From a virus, in the UHGV virus genome UHGV-0219058: 41,698 nucleotides of DNA. One strand, given 5' to 3'. A model generated the notes under the pieces. That model did no database searches. It was not told the DNA's origin and saw only the letters and a list, made by a program, of their open reading frames with translations. The position numbers and the translations under genes were made by a program. Shown here piece after piece: positions 32,606-41,533 of the stretch (its first letter is position 1; the number at the start of each line of letters is the position of its first letter).

Positions 32606-33138
32606 TTGACTTCCTCCACTGGTACTGCGAATGCCCAGTATCTTTCATCGATTGATTTGATTTCTGATTCAGTGAATGCTGATCCGCTTGTAGTATTTTG
32701 AAATATCACTAAATCCCCATTATCAGCTTTTGTTAGATATGCGCCCCATGATGTTCCGGGAAGTTCAATTTGATATAGTGGTTCTTTCTCCACCTCATAC
32801 TCACCTGTTACAAAAGCTTGAACTGCAATGAGATATCTTCTGTCATTTTCTGTTTCGTCGTTGTCATAAAGCCATTTATCAACTTCATCATCCAATTTAT
32901 CTGCACTATCACGCAACCATTCTTCGCTAAAAACGTCAGATGCACATTCACCTTTGTTTTCTTGAATATATTTATCTAAAAACTGCGGCACTGTAACTTT
33001 TGGTTGCTCATCAAGTTTTTTTACCAATCCCAATGCCACGCCATAAGCATCGTATGCTCCTTTAAAATAACCATCTTTTTGTTCTTGATATCCATTTTTG
33101 TATTTTTCCAATACATCAATCAATACTTGTTTGTTCAT
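32602..33138 (-). CDS. Hypothetical protein of about 178 aa.
   Basis: Start moved to the ATG at 33138 with RBS GGAGGAG 5 nt upstream. Confidence 0.5.
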   Translation of the reverse strand: MNKQVLIDVLEKYKNGYQEQKDGYFKGAYDAYGVALGLVKKLDEQPKVTVPQFLDKYIQENKGECASDVFSEEWLRDSADKLDDEVDKWLYDNDETENDRRYLIAVQAFVTGEYEVEKEPLYQIELPGTSWGAYLTKADNGDLVIFQNTTSGSAFTESEIKSIDERYWAFAVPVEEVK

Positions 33139-33288
33139 CTTTACTCCTCCGTTCCATTTCTTCACAAATCCATTTTTCACGAAAATCAAATCGCCTTTGC
33201 ACGCTTCGCACGATTTTTAGTTGTGCTATTAGCTCTGCATCCGATAGTTTGCGTATGTTTTCTTGTGTTGGTGTCATCTGCTCACCTC

Positions 33289-33732
33289 TCAAAATGGAAG
33301 GCTATCATCAATATCGATCGATGAATTGCTGAATGGGTCTGATTGAACGTTGTTGCGGTTTTGTTGAGCGTTGGCATTATTACTCGTTTGATTGTTTGAA
33401 ACGCCACCACCGTTGTTTTTGGTGTCTAAAAACTCGATTCCGCCGTATTGATTCGCTACAACCTCGATAACCGTTCTTTTCTGCCCGTCTTGCGTTTCAT
33501 AACTTCTGCTAGTCAGCTTGCCATTGACCGCAATTTGTGATCCTTTACCTGTGTAGTTGGCTAATGATTCAGCTTGCTTCTCCCACACGACAAGCGGGAT
33601 GAAATATGATTTCTTGTTATCTCCCCAGCCGTCATCTAATGCTATGGTATTTGTAGCCACCGCTTTTCCAGACTTCGTGTACTTCAATTCGTTATCCCTT
33701 ACCAATCTTCCGATTAAATTTACTGTATTCAT
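33289..33732 (-). CDS. ssb: Single-stranded DNA-binding protein.
   Basis: OB-fold-like N-terminus (MNTVNLIGRLVRDNELKYT...), G/N/Q-rich linker and an acidic C-terminal DIDDSLPF tail. Start at the ATG after RBS GGAGGAAG. Confidence 0.85.
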   Translation of the reverse strand: MNTVNLIGRLVRDNELKYTKSGKAVATNTIALDDGWGDNKKSYFIPLVVWEKQAESLANYTGKGSQIAVNGKLTSRSYETQDGQKRTVIEVVANQYGGIEFLDTKNNGGGVSNNQTSNNANAQQNRNNVQSDPFSNSSIDIDDSLPF

Positions 33733-33781
33733 TTTTCTTCCTCCGATTCGATTATTGATTTTCACTTCTCTTTAAGCCTCT

Positions 33782-34153
33782 TCAGCTGATAATATTTTCT
33801 TCCTCCACTTCCCAAAAAACTTGCCCTAGCTCGTCTTCAATTACACGCATTCTTTGTTCTACTTCTTTGATCAACCAAACAGTTAATTCTGCGTTGGTTA
33901 AATCCATTCCTAAATCTTTTGAAAGATTCACTTTATAAATAAGTTGCGACCTCGATATTTCGTTCTCAAGTATTGCTGGCGTGGAAATCGCCATTTCATC
34001 GCAATTTTTAAAGCTGTTCGTTTTGATCCCTGAATAATCAGTTGGTTCTTTATTATCAAATTTCAAAGCTTGCAAGAAATTTTCACATTCCCTATATTGC
34101 CTTGTCAGTAGTTCATAATACCTAGCTTTTTCCTCGTACTTTTTGAATTCCAT
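33782..34153 (-). CDS. Hypothetical protein of about 123 aa.
   Basis: Start moved to the ATG at 34153 (MEFKKYEE...). The ORF-track N-terminus is the translated RBS. Confidence 0.45.
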   Translation of the reverse strand: MEFKKYEEKARYYELLTRQYRECENFLQALKFDNKEPTDYSGIKTNSFKNCDEMAISTPAILENEISRSQLIYKVNLSKDLGMDLTNAELTVWLIKEVEQRMRVIEDELGQVFWEVEEENIIS

Positions 34154-34533
34154 CACTCTGCCTCCTGTTCCAAAGTCCATTTCATGAATGAACTGATAAC
34201 TTGAACTTCTTGATCTGGCGATAACGATTCAAGTGCTTCTTCTGTTTTTGGATCTTCATAAACGTCAGTTATCCGCTCTAGCGCCTCGAAAACACTATCG
34301 CCATCACAATGACCTACTTTGAGCCACCCAAGTACCTGCTGCTGATTCTTGTTGAGTTGCGGTTGGCCAAAGATTACAGACTTTGCCTTTTCATACCCTG
34401 ATTGGCTCAGGATAGAAGCAGTCATTCCGCCTTTAGTCATTGATCCAAATTTCAAACTTAGATATGCTTCCAGTTCATCCTTTGTGTATCCGTTAAATTC
34501 CATTAAGACTGCTAATTTATCACTCACATTCAT
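34153..34533 (-). CDS. Hypothetical early protein, paralogue of 31000..31362.
   Basis: See the paralogue entry at 31000..31362. Confidence 0.55.
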   Translation of the reverse strand: MNVSDKLAVLMEFNGYTKDELEAYLSLKFGSMTKGGMTASILSQSGYEKAKSVIFGQPQLNKNQQQVLGWLKVGHCDGDSVFEALERITDVYEDPKTEEALESLSPDQEVQVISSFMKWTLEQEAE

Positions 34534-34865
34534 TCCTCCAATTCATTTTCAATCGTTCGTGTTCCTTGTATTATTTCGATTGCTTCAACAAGATTCCTAG
34601 CTACTCCGTTGAGACAACCTTTCCGATTTTTATCTAAAAGGAACTCTTTTTGCTCTTGTTTTAATTTTCCTTTTGCCATTTTGATTTCTATAAAGAAAAT
34701 CCGTTTATCATCTTTTCGGAATCCGAACAAATCAGGGAATCCTTTTTCAAGATTCATTTGCTTATGGCTAGCTCGTTTGACTGGCCCTGTATCAACTTTC
34801 CAGCAATCATGCCCGATTACCTTGAGTGAATTTCTAATTTGCTTTTGTAAATCGAGTTCGTTCAC
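34530..34865 (-). CDS. VRR-NUC domain nuclease.
   Basis: GFPDLFGFRKDDKRIFFIEIKMAKGKLKQEQ matches the VRR-NUC signature (PD-(D/E)xK-like D...E.K...Q). Confidence 0.75.
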   Translation of the reverse strand: MNELDLQKQIRNSLKVIGHDCWKVDTGPVKRASHKQMNLEKGFPDLFGFRKDDKRIFFIEIKMAKGKLKQEQKEFLLDKNRKGCLNGVARNLVEAIEIIQGTRTIENELEE

Positions 34866-35110
34866 ATCTTTCCCCTCGCATTCAGATATCTTTCGGCAAT
34901 CTGTTCTTTGGTTTCATTGCCATTTAAGAATGGATAGCCTTGTGATTTTTCTTCCTCAGCTATTTCGATCGCCAGCCACTTAGCTTCTTCTGCGTTCGCT
35001 GGCATATTGTTTTCTTGAAACACCTTAACTTGATGTTCCAATATTTTGACTAAGTCCGATCGCACAAGGCCGTTTTCTTTGAAGATAGCCAGATATGTTT
35101 GTCCGTCCAT
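34862..35110 (-). CDS. Hypothetical protein of 82 aa.
   Basis: ORF coupled to its neighbours. Confidence 0.45.
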   Translation of the reverse strand: MDGQTYLAIFKENGLVRSDLVKILEHQVKVFQENNMPANAEEAKWLAIEIAEEEKSQGYPFLNGNETKEQIAERYLNARGKM

Positions 35111-36349
35111 CTAACCTCTCCATTCGTCAAAGTCTACCGAGAAATCCATATATTTCTTGTCGAATATAAACGGTGCTATACCTGTCATCCCTTCTCGATT
35201 TTTGGCCACATCACATCGTATCTTTCGCTCTTCTTTTTCATCAGCAGATAACAACAGCACAACATTTGCATCTTGTTCAAGCGAACCTGATTCTTTCAAA
35301 TCACTAAGGATCGGACGTTTATTTTCTCTGTTCATCACTGCCCTGCTTAGCTGGGCCAACAAAACGATTGTGATACCATAATCAGTTGTCAGTTTCTTCA
35401 GCTCTCGTGTGACCTCGTTCATGACTTGCCGTTCGTTCTTGCGTGTATCATTGACAGTTATCAGCCCAGCGTAGTCCACAAACACTACATACCGTTTGTC
35501 GCTTAATCGCTGCTTGATCGCATACTTGATATCATTTAGATTGGAATATTCCGAAGTGTACACTCGCATATCAAATCTGTTCTTCATATCCTCGTATGAT
35601 TTTCTGGCTCTCACCTTGTTTTCGTCTGACAGTTTATTATTTCCCACGAACAGCATAGAGTTGATTCTTGTTTCTTTTGAGATAAGCCGCTTGATCAATT
35701 CGTTTTGACCCATTTCAAAAGTGAAGAAATCACACTGCACATTGTCATTGTCTGAAAATAGTCTATGCATAATGTTCAATGCGAAAGCTGTTTTACCTGT
35801 ACCTGGTCGCCCAGCCAAGACAATTAGCTTTCCTCCTGTGATACCTCCTCCAAGAAATGCATCTAAAGGTTTGTAAGTTGTCATAACTTCACTTGGTTTA
35901 TCTAAGCTATCTGTAAATTCTGCGAAAGCTTTATCCAACTTGCCATCAGACTTAATATGGTTCACGTCACGCTTTTCTTCTAGCAATCTGGATAACTTAT
36001 CCCCATCTGTCTTAGAAAGCGTCTCAGCGTATTTTGTGGACGCTAAATGCAACTTGCGATCAAGATAATCATTGTGTATGATCCTTGCTAGTTCTCTTTC
36101 GATTCCAAGCTGATTCGCAGAATTCTTCAAGATGTCTAATTCATCTGCTGTCCCTGCTTTGAAGTAGTCAATGGTTCGCATTTCTCGATGGACCTGTTCG
36201 GTGGTGTATTTCATTCCTCGCAGTCTCGTCATTGACTCTACAATCAATTTACACTGAGGACTTTCAAACCATTCCGAATCAATATCAATGTTGGTAATGA
36301 TTGATGGGTTGTTTAGCATTTCAGCCACAAGTTTCAACTCATTGTTCAT
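35111..36349 (-). CDS. DnaB-like replicative helicase.
   Basis: Walker A GRPGTGKTAFALNIM, Walker B VVFVDYAGLI, and a RecA-like C-terminal domain. Start at the ATG at 36349 (MNNELKLVAEML). Confidence 0.8.
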   Translation of the reverse strand: MNNELKLVAEMLNNPSIITNIDIDSEWFESPQCKLIVESMTRLRGMKYTTEQVHREMRTIDYFKAGTADELDILKNSANQLGIERELARIIHNDYLDRKLHLASTKYAETLSKTDGDKLSRLLEEKRDVNHIKSDGKLDKAFAEFTDSLDKPSEVMTTYKPLDAFLGGGITGGKLIVLAGRPGTGKTAFALNIMHRLFSDNDNVQCDFFTFEMGQNELIKRLISKETRINSMLFVGNNKLSDENKVRARKSYEDMKNRFDMRVYTSEYSNLNDIKYAIKQRLSDKRYVVFVDYAGLITVNDTRKNERQVMNEVTRELKKLTTDYGITIVLLAQLSRAVMNRENKRPILSDLKESGSLEQDANVVLLLSADEKEERKIRCDVAKNREGMTGIAPFIFDKKYMDFSVDFDEWRG

Positions 36350-37070
36350 AGGCTTCAGACAACCTCCTTTGAGATTCAGCAATTTCATCGGAGATTGAAG
36401 AATTAACTTGTGGACGATACTCATTCAAATAATCATCAAACTTATTTCCAAAGAGTGTTGCTGGTCTTAGGTACTTATTCATTTCTTGGTTGTTCAACCA
36501 TTGATTTGTTTTCACATCAATTACTTTTTTGAAATCATCTAATCGCTGACCTTCGTTCCATCTTGCTTTGATCAGGTCTTTCCATTTCTGAGTAACTTTG
36601 AATGATTTACTTGATTTGTTGTTCAGGTAGGTAATAATCTCAGAATAAGGAATCAAGTCGGGCTTGCTCGACATATTGTTTTTTGTATTACTAAAAGATG
36701 TATTACTACCTTGGAACTTTTCTTCCATAGGGGTATGGAAATATTCTTGATACCCCCCAGGAAATTTTCTTGATACCCTAATCGTTCTTCTCTCAACCTG
36801 TTTCTTTTCATTAAGAATCAAATTTACTGTGATATATCCTTTATCCTTTAGTTCATTTATTATTTGAGAGCATCTCCTTGTCGACAATCCAAAGAAATCG
36901 GAAAAATGCTTGTTGCTCGCATAACAACCCTCGTCACTTATATCTAAACTGTCAATCTCAACCAAAAACATCATTTCTTGAATTGTTAGGTTTTTATCCA
37001 GCCAAATGTGTGAAGGAATCCATACCCCTTTGAATCCTCTGTTGCTTTTGGATATTTTCCTTTCTGCCAC
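36339..37070 (-). CDS. Phage replisome organiser / DnaD-like replication initiation protein.
   Basis: N-terminus GFKGVWIPSHIWLDKNLTIQEMMFLVEIDSL... resembles the replisome-organiser N-terminal domain. Lies upstream of the helicase. Confidence 0.55.
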   Translation of the reverse strand: MAERKISKSNRGFKGVWIPSHIWLDKNLTIQEMMFLVEIDSLDISDEGCYASNKHFSDFFGLSTRRCSQIINELKDKGYITVNLILNEKKQVERRTIRVSRKFPGGYQEYFHTPMEEKFQGSNTSFSNTKNNMSSKPDLIPYSEIITYLNNKSSKSFKVTQKWKDLIKARWNEGQRLDDFKKVIDVKTNQWLNNQEMNKYLRPATLFGNKFDDYLNEYRPQVNSSISDEIAESQRRLSEAYEQ

Positions 37071-37071
37071 G

Positions 37072-37800
37072 CTATCCCTCCTCTATTGCTTTCTTGTACA
37101 GCTCTTCTGTTTCGTACTTTTCATCAAAACGCATTATTTGAGCGTTACTCATAATGCCAATCTTGATTAAAGCTTCTTTATCTAAATAAACAGGCTTGAT
37201 CTGATATCTCTTTAGAAATTCCTCTTGCCCAAGTTGGTGAGCGATATTGTGCGTTTTCCAATCCAAAGCCACGAATGGAAATAGCCGATGGTCAACGTTA
37301 TTTCTATGACGATTTCCAACCGCCGTGACATGATGTATTTGCGCTCCTGGTCTACCAGAAACTGCACATTTTCGATACTTGCAGCAATAGTAGAAAAAGC
37401 TATCATGTTCTAGTAGATACGAGTATCTTTGTTTAAGTTGGACCCCTTCTCTTATGACAAATTGAATGAGTTTCGTTATCCAGATATTGCCTTCGTTCAT
37501 ACTTGCTAAAGCGTGAGAGAATGGTTCGTCTTCTGTATACTCGTATTCGTACTTGAGCATCGATTCTACGTGTTTCGGATCATCGACATACCAATTAGCT
37601 ATGTCACGAATCAAAGCGTGAGAAAGCTTATTCTGCTTTACTGAGAGCGGTTTGTTATCTATGAGCTTTACTTTGACCAGATTTTCTTTCTCTCGAGCCA
37701 TCGTTTTTAGGTATTCGGCATTTATTTCCTCTTCAAATTCGATAGTCAATCTTTTCCCTTGATTATCGATTACTTTACCTAAATGAAACATTTGCATCAC
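37072..37800 (-). CDS. HNH-like (DUF968-type) putative nuclease.
   Basis: CKYRKCAVSGRPGAQIHHV...NRHRNNVDHRLFP...H: a Cys pair plus HH..N..H pattern. Confidence 0.4.
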   Translation of the reverse strand: MMQMFHLGKVIDNQGKRLTIEFEEEINAEYLKTMAREKENLVKVKLIDNKPLSVKQNKLSHALIRDIANWYVDDPKHVESMLKYEYEYTEDEPFSHALASMNEGNIWITKLIQFVIREGVQLKQRYSYLLEHDSFFYYCCKYRKCAVSGRPGAQIHHVTAVGNRHRNNVDHRLFPFVALDWKTHNIAHQLGQEEFLKRYQIKPVYLDKEALIKIGIMSNAQIMRFDEKYETEELYKKAIEEG

Positions 37801-38492
37801 TTCTCTTTGTTTTCTTGAGCAGCTTTCATTTGTTCAATGCCGTTTTGCGTATACTCTTTTAGCAGCTCATAAAAAGATTCGTTAATATCCTCAAATTTTC
37901 CAGAGTAATTAAAATGTGCCAAAGCTTGATTCTCAAATGTTTTAGGTGATCGTTTCAATAAACTTGATGCTTCTTCAAACAATGACTTCAGCTCTTCCAA
38001 TTGCTCTTTACTAGCAGATGGAGATTCAGGCAAATCTTCACCAGCGTAGATATACAATCCTAAGCCAAACATTGCCAAGTTCTTTACTAGGCACCGCATT
38101 ATCGTTTTGTTAATGTCAAACATGGTAGCCGCATCAACTCTTAACCCTTTGGCTTTCTTTGTGTCATAGGTATATGGACTAGCTTTCATCGCTTTATTAG
38201 CTCCGTCCATCACTGGCAACCACATTTCGTGCGTAAGGCCTTCGATTGTGACTTTCGTAAAAACCATATAGCCAGTGTTGGGATCAAAAACATAAGGAAG
38301 GCTATTATCGAATTTTTCTATTTCGTACTCCGCTGTTGGGAATTTCTTTTTAACTTCTGCCCATGCCCACGCCCAAGAAAGATAGCTGAGTTGCACACTT
38401 CCTGTTTTCTTCTTTTCGACGTGGTTATTGACATCTAAGGTAAACAAGAAGTTAAATATCTCGTTTTGCTTCTCTGTAAATTGTTCGCTCAC
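37797..38492 (-). CDS. Putative single-strand annealing protein (Rad52/Sak-like).
   Basis: LSYLSWAWAWAEV and FGLGLYIYAG motifs. Lies among the recombination/replication genes next to the HNH-like and SSB genes. Confidence 0.45.
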   Translation of the reverse strand: MSEQFTEKQNEIFNFLFTLDVNNHVEKKKTGSVQLSYLSWAWAWAEVKKKFPTAEYEIEKFDNSLPYVFDPNTGYMVFTKVTIEGLTHEMWLPVMDGANKAMKASPYTYDTKKAKGLRVDAATMFDINKTIMRCLVKNLAMFGLGLYIYAGEDLPESPSASKEQLEELKSLFEEASSLLKRSPKTFENQALAHFNYSGKFEDINESFYELLKEYTQNGIEQMKAAQENKEK

Positions 38493-38824
38493 TTAAATTC
38501 CTCCTGCCTTTGTTTCAGCCATTCTTTACCACTGATAATTTTCATCGTGTCCATCATCAGTGATTTTGGTCCATATTCATCAACCATAAGTAAGAAATTC
38601 TCTTGCTGTACGACATATTTAGCAAGCGTGCCATTTTTGTTTTCTCGATAACCTATAAACATCCAATCCGATTCATGAACAATCGTTCCGTTGTCGTCTT
38701 CATTCCAATGTGCTGACAGGTCTACTTCTTCCTCGTTGTCGTCTAAAGAATAGATATTAGGCATCACATGACTGGTTTCGTCTTGTAATAATCTGTCGTA
38801 ATCTGTTGCGATATAATCTGACAT
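38489..38824 (-). CDS. Hypothetical protein of 111 aa.
   Basis: ORF coupled to its neighbours. Confidence 0.45.
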   Translation of the reverse strand: MSDYIATDYDRLLQDETSHVMPNIYSLDDNEEEVDLSAHWNEDDNGTIVHESDWMFIGYRENKNGTLAKYVVQQENFLLMVDEYGPKSLMMDTMKIISGKEWLKQRQEEFK

Positions 38825-38878
38825 CTTCCCACTCCTCTCGATTTGTGGTAAACTTAGGTAAATATTTTTCGTAAGACT

Positions 38879-39070
38879 CTATGCTTGGCGGCCGGAGTCT
38901 TTTTTTATATCTATTAATTTTTGCGAGTAAACGGATATTCTCTTTCTAATCCTGTTCGCCTGCTTAATAATTTCCTCGTTTTGAGTGGCTCTTTCTAGTT
39001 TACGGAGCTTCGCCAATTCTTTTCTTGCGCCGTTTTTTGCATCAAGATATAAAAAATATTCTTCATTCAA
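38879..39070 (-). CDS. Hypothetical basic helical protein of 63 aa (TTG start).
   Basis: RBS GGAGGGG 6 nt before the TTG. Confidence 0.4.
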   Translation of the reverse strand: MNEEYFLYLDAKNGARKELAKLRKLERATQNEEIIKQANRIRKRISVYSQKLIDIKKDSGRQA

Positions 39071-39192
39071 ATAATTCCCCTCCGTTTCTTCATCCGTTCA
39101 ATATTCTGTTTAGCTAAAATGATTGGTTTCTCGTATCTATATCCACGATCAGCAATGATTTTGCCGATACGTAGCGCTTCAGCTCTAGTCAT
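39067..39192 (-). CDS. Micro-ORF of 41 aa (MTRAEALRIGKIIADRGYRYEKPIILAKQNIERMKKRRGII).
   Basis: Hand translation. Overlaps the downstream start. Confidence 0.3.
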   Translation of the reverse strand: MTRAEALRIGKIIADRGYRYEKPIILAKQNIERMKKRRGII

Positions 39193-39193
39193 A

Positions 39194-39331
39194 CTATTTA
39201 ACCCCCATGATCCAAATCAGCGTTAACAAAAGGACGATGTTTAAACAAATGCTTAAATATGAAATTGCTTGGAGTTGTCGTGCTTTGTAAAAGTGATTTC
39301 TATTTAGACTGGCTAACCATTTTTTATTCAT
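39194..39331 (-). CDS. Micro-ORF of 45 aa with a C-terminal TM segment (MNKKWLASL...ICLNIVLLLTLIWIMGVK).
   Basis: Strong RBS AAGGAGGAG 5 nt upstream. ATGA overlap with the upstream micro-ORF. Confidence 0.35.
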   Translation of the reverse strand: MNKKWLASLNRNHFYKARQLQAISYLSICLNIVLLLTLIWIMGVK

Positions 39332-39447
39332 GCTGACTCCTCCTTGAAGTATCGATCAATCAAAGCGAGCGCTTCTTCTTTTGTTGATACGGTATGCTGC
39401 ATTGTCGATCCGTTTGTTTCTATTGAGATAGTGATTGATTTAATCAT
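39328..39447 (-). CDS. Micro-ORF of 39 aa (MIKSITISIETNGSTMQHTVSTKEEALALIDRYFKEESA).
   Basis: Hand translation. Weak RBS GGGAG. Confidence 0.3.
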   Translation of the reverse strand: MIKSITISIETNGSTMQHTVSTKEEALALIDRYFKEESA

Positions 39448-39471
39448 TTCCCCAACTCCCTTCTATCTGCT

Positions 39472-39717
39472 TCAATAGCTATACTTGGTAACTGCCTCAA
39501 TCATTTCATCTAAAGTTTCATCAAAATATCGCATCAAATCAGAATTCATAATCAGATCGGTACAAACATTCCCATATTTTAAAGATATTTTAATGTGACC
39601 TAGATGAGGAAGAATTTCAGATTTAGCTTCTTTCTGATAGTTTTCAAGTGTAAATTCATAGTCTTTATTGTTAAATCGCCTACCCTTGACAGTCCAACAA
39701 ATTTTATCTACAATCAT
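39472..39717 (-). CDS. Hypothetical protein of 81 aa.
   Basis: ORF coupled to its neighbours. Confidence 0.45.
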   Translation of the reverse strand: MIVDKICWTVKGRRFNNKDYEFTLENYQKEAKSEILPHLGHIKISLKYGNVCTDLIMNSDLMRYFDETLDEMIEAVTKYSY

Positions 39718-40208
39718 TTCCCCAGCTCCCCTACTTTTTGATCCGTATACTGCCGTAACTCACTCACACGCTGTTCTAACTGCTCCTTGTCGTTTTGCAC
39801 CGTGTTCAACTGTTGGCGCAAGCTATCGGCTTCCTGTTGCTTTGTAGCGATCTCCTGTTGCTTTTGTTCGATCTCACGTTGCTTCGCTTCGATTTCCTTT
39901 TGTTTGTCCGATTTGATTTGCTCAATTTCGGCTTTCAGCTGCTCCTGTGTGCGAGTGTTGTTGGATAGCTGTGATTCGAGTTCTGACACACGTTGCGATT
40001 TAGTTTGTCCGTATTGTAGGACAGTGTTGAAATTCGCTTTGATCGTGTCCAAATCCTGAAATGCGTTGCTTGCTGCATAGCCGATAACGCCGCTACCTAA
40101 TGCCAGTCCGATGATTGCTGTTGTTTTTGCTAGTTTGTTTTTCAATGTGATTGCTCCTTCTCTATCGTTTGTATTTGTTCGATGTTCTCCAGACCAAGAA
40201 TTCATCAA
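39714..40208 (-). CDS. Membrane-anchored coiled-coil protein of 164 aa (N-terminal TM AIIGLALGSGVIGYAA followed by a Q/E-rich coiled coil).
   Basis: Hydrophobic segment plus heptad repeats. Confidence 0.5.
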   Translation of the reverse strand: MMNSWSGEHRTNTNDREGAITLKNKLAKTTAIIGLALGSGVIGYAASNAFQDLDTIKANFNTVLQYGQTKSQRVSELESQLSNNTRTQEQLKAEIEQIKSDKQKEIEAKQREIEQKQQEIATKQQEADSLRQQLNTVQNDKEQLEQRVSELRQYTDQKVGELGK

Positions 40209-40404
40209 ATAATTTAATATTGATAATTGGCAGATTAGAAGTGACTAATCTATATCCATCTTTAAAGTCTTTGTGTTCTTTAAATTCCCTGAGTAACTTT
40301 TGAAATAACGATTTATGGTTTTGATAACCAAAGTAGATAACCGCTTCGTCCTTAGCCATCCACGCTTGTTTTACTTCAATTGTTCTCGCCAATGTGACTT
40401 GCAT
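40162..40404 (-). CDS. Small early protein of 80 aa, possibly DNA-binding; first gene after cro.
   Basis: RBS GGAAGAGGTGA. The 17-bp operator copy at 40418..40434 lies immediately upstream. Confidence 0.45.
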   Translation of the reverse strand: MQVTLARTIEVKQAWMAKDEAVIYFGYQNHKSLFQKLLREFKEHKDFKDGYRLVTSNLPIINIKLFDEFLVWRTSNKYKR

Positions 40405-40417
40405 ATTCTCACCTCTT

Positions 40418-40434
40418 CCGTACTTAAAGTGCGG
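40418..40434. promoter_or_regulatory. 17-bp operator CCGTACTTAAAGTGCGG, distal copy.
   Basis: Near-identical (15/17) to the site CCGTACTTTTAGTGCGG in the cro promoter spacer at 40682..40698. Imperfect palindrome. Confidence 0.55.
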
Positions 40435-40449
40435 TATGCTGCAAAAAAA

Positions 40450-40647
40450 TTAAATGCGGATTAGATCTGCATCAATCTTGAACACATACGCTAAAGCAAA
40501 AACAGTAAGTGGTTTGATTGGAACTTTATTATTTTCCCAATCAGAAATAGTCTTTGATGTCACCCCTAATTTTTGCGCCAACGCTTCCTGAGTGTAACCA
40601 GCATCAATTCTGAATGATCTCACAGACATTTGTTTATCCCCCATCAT
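40450..40647 (-). CDS. cro: Cro-like XRE-family HTH regulator.
   Basis: HTH GYTQEALAQKLGVTSKTISDWENNK. Divergent from the repressor gene. RBS GGAGGTGA. Confidence 0.75.
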   Translation of the reverse strand: MMGDKQMSVRSFRIDAGYTQEALAQKLGVTSKTISDWENNKVPIKPLTVFALAYVFKIDADLIRI

Positions 40648-40675
40648 AAATCACCTCCAACTTCTCTGTGAGTTA

Positions 40676-40704
40676 AATATACCGCACTAAAAGTACGGTG
40701 TCAA
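40676..40704 (-). promoter_or_regulatory. Early lytic promoter (minus strand: TTGACA-N17-TATATT) with an operator in the spacer.
   Basis: -35 tgtcaa (plus coordinates) at 40699..40704, -10 aatata (plus) at 40676..40681. The 17-bp operator at 40682..40698 fills the spacer exactly. Confidence 0.7.
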
Positions 40705-40736
40705 CACTTAAAGTAAATTATTTTTAATAAAAGTTA

Positions 40737-40765
40737 TTTACAATACATCACTTTAAGTGTAAAAT
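40737..40765 (+). promoter_or_regulatory. Repressor (cI-like) promoter TTTACA-N17-TAAAAT overlapped by the palindrome CACTTTAAGTG at 40749..40759.
   Basis: -35 at 40737..40742 and -10 at 40760..40765. Perfect 11-bp palindrome in the spacer. A related half-site ACTTAAAGT at 40706..40714. Confidence 0.6.
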
Positions 40766-40794
40766 GAATACATAAATCGAAGGAGTTATATAGA

Positions 40795-41433
40795 ATGAAA
40801 AAATTACAAACGGCAAAAGAACAAAGAGAAATATTAGCAAATAATCTCAACTCTCTATTGCGTAGTAAAGGGAAAACTCAGGCTGATGTAATTCGTGAGT
40901 TGGGCGTAGCTGAGGCAACAGTGCGTAGTTGGTTTAATGGAGAGAAGTATCCTAGAATTGATAAATTGCAAATGTTGGCAGATTATTTTAACGTTCCACG
41001 ATCTAGAATAACCGAAGAGCAAACTGGTGCTTTACAAAGAGTATCAAGTATAGTGAAAATCCCAATACTAGGAACGATCACTTGTGGCGAACCAATTCTA
41101 GCCGAAGAAAACTTTGACGGTTATAGAGAAGAAATCGGTGATTTTCTCCCTACTGGAGAATTATTTTTCTTAAAAACAAAAGGCGATAGTATGGTTCCAA
41201 CAGTGCCTATTGGTAGTTACGTATTGATCAGAAAACAAGAGAGCGTGGAAGATGGTGAAATTGCCGCTGTTAGAGTAAACGGTGACGAAGAAGCTACTTT
41301 GAAACGAATCAAACGTCAAGGAAACATCGTTATGTTAGTCGCAGACAATAAGGAATATGATCCATATATAATTACAGAGGATAATCCTGCAACAATCATC
41401 GGGAAAGCTGTCAAGATAAGTATTGACTTATAA
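40795..41433 (+). CDS. cI: CI-like repressor with an N-terminal XRE HTH and a C-terminal S24 LexA-type autopeptidase domain.
   Basis: HTH QADVIRELGVAEATVRSWFNGEKYP. S24: GDSMVPTVPIGSYVLIRK ... KRIKRQGNIVMLVADNKEY (Ser/Lys dyad context). Confidence 0.85.
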   Translation: MKKLQTAKEQREILANNLNSLLRSKGKTQADVIRELGVAEATVRSWFNGEKYPRIDKLQMLADYFNVPRSRITEEQTGALQRVSSIVKIPILGTITCGEPILAEENFDGYREEIGDFLPTGELFFLKTKGDSMVPTVPIGSYVLIRKQESVEDGEIAAVRVNGDEEATLKRIKRQGNIVMLVADNKEYDPYIITEDNPATIIGKAVKISIDL

Positions 41434-41436
41434 AAA

Positions 41437-41470
41437 ACACGCCCTTCTATCTTGGCGGAAGAGGGCGTGT
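41437..41470. terminator. Hairpin terminator after the repressor gene; the T-run is on the minus-strand side, so it may block antisense transcription into cI or act in both directions.
   Basis: 9-bp stem acacgccct / agggcgtgt with a 16-nt loop. A6 run upstream. Confidence 0.45.
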
Positions 41471-41533
41471 AATGCAATAAACTAATAGGCTTATTTGCTA
41501 TGCCTATTTTATCATGAAATAGGAGTGAATGTC

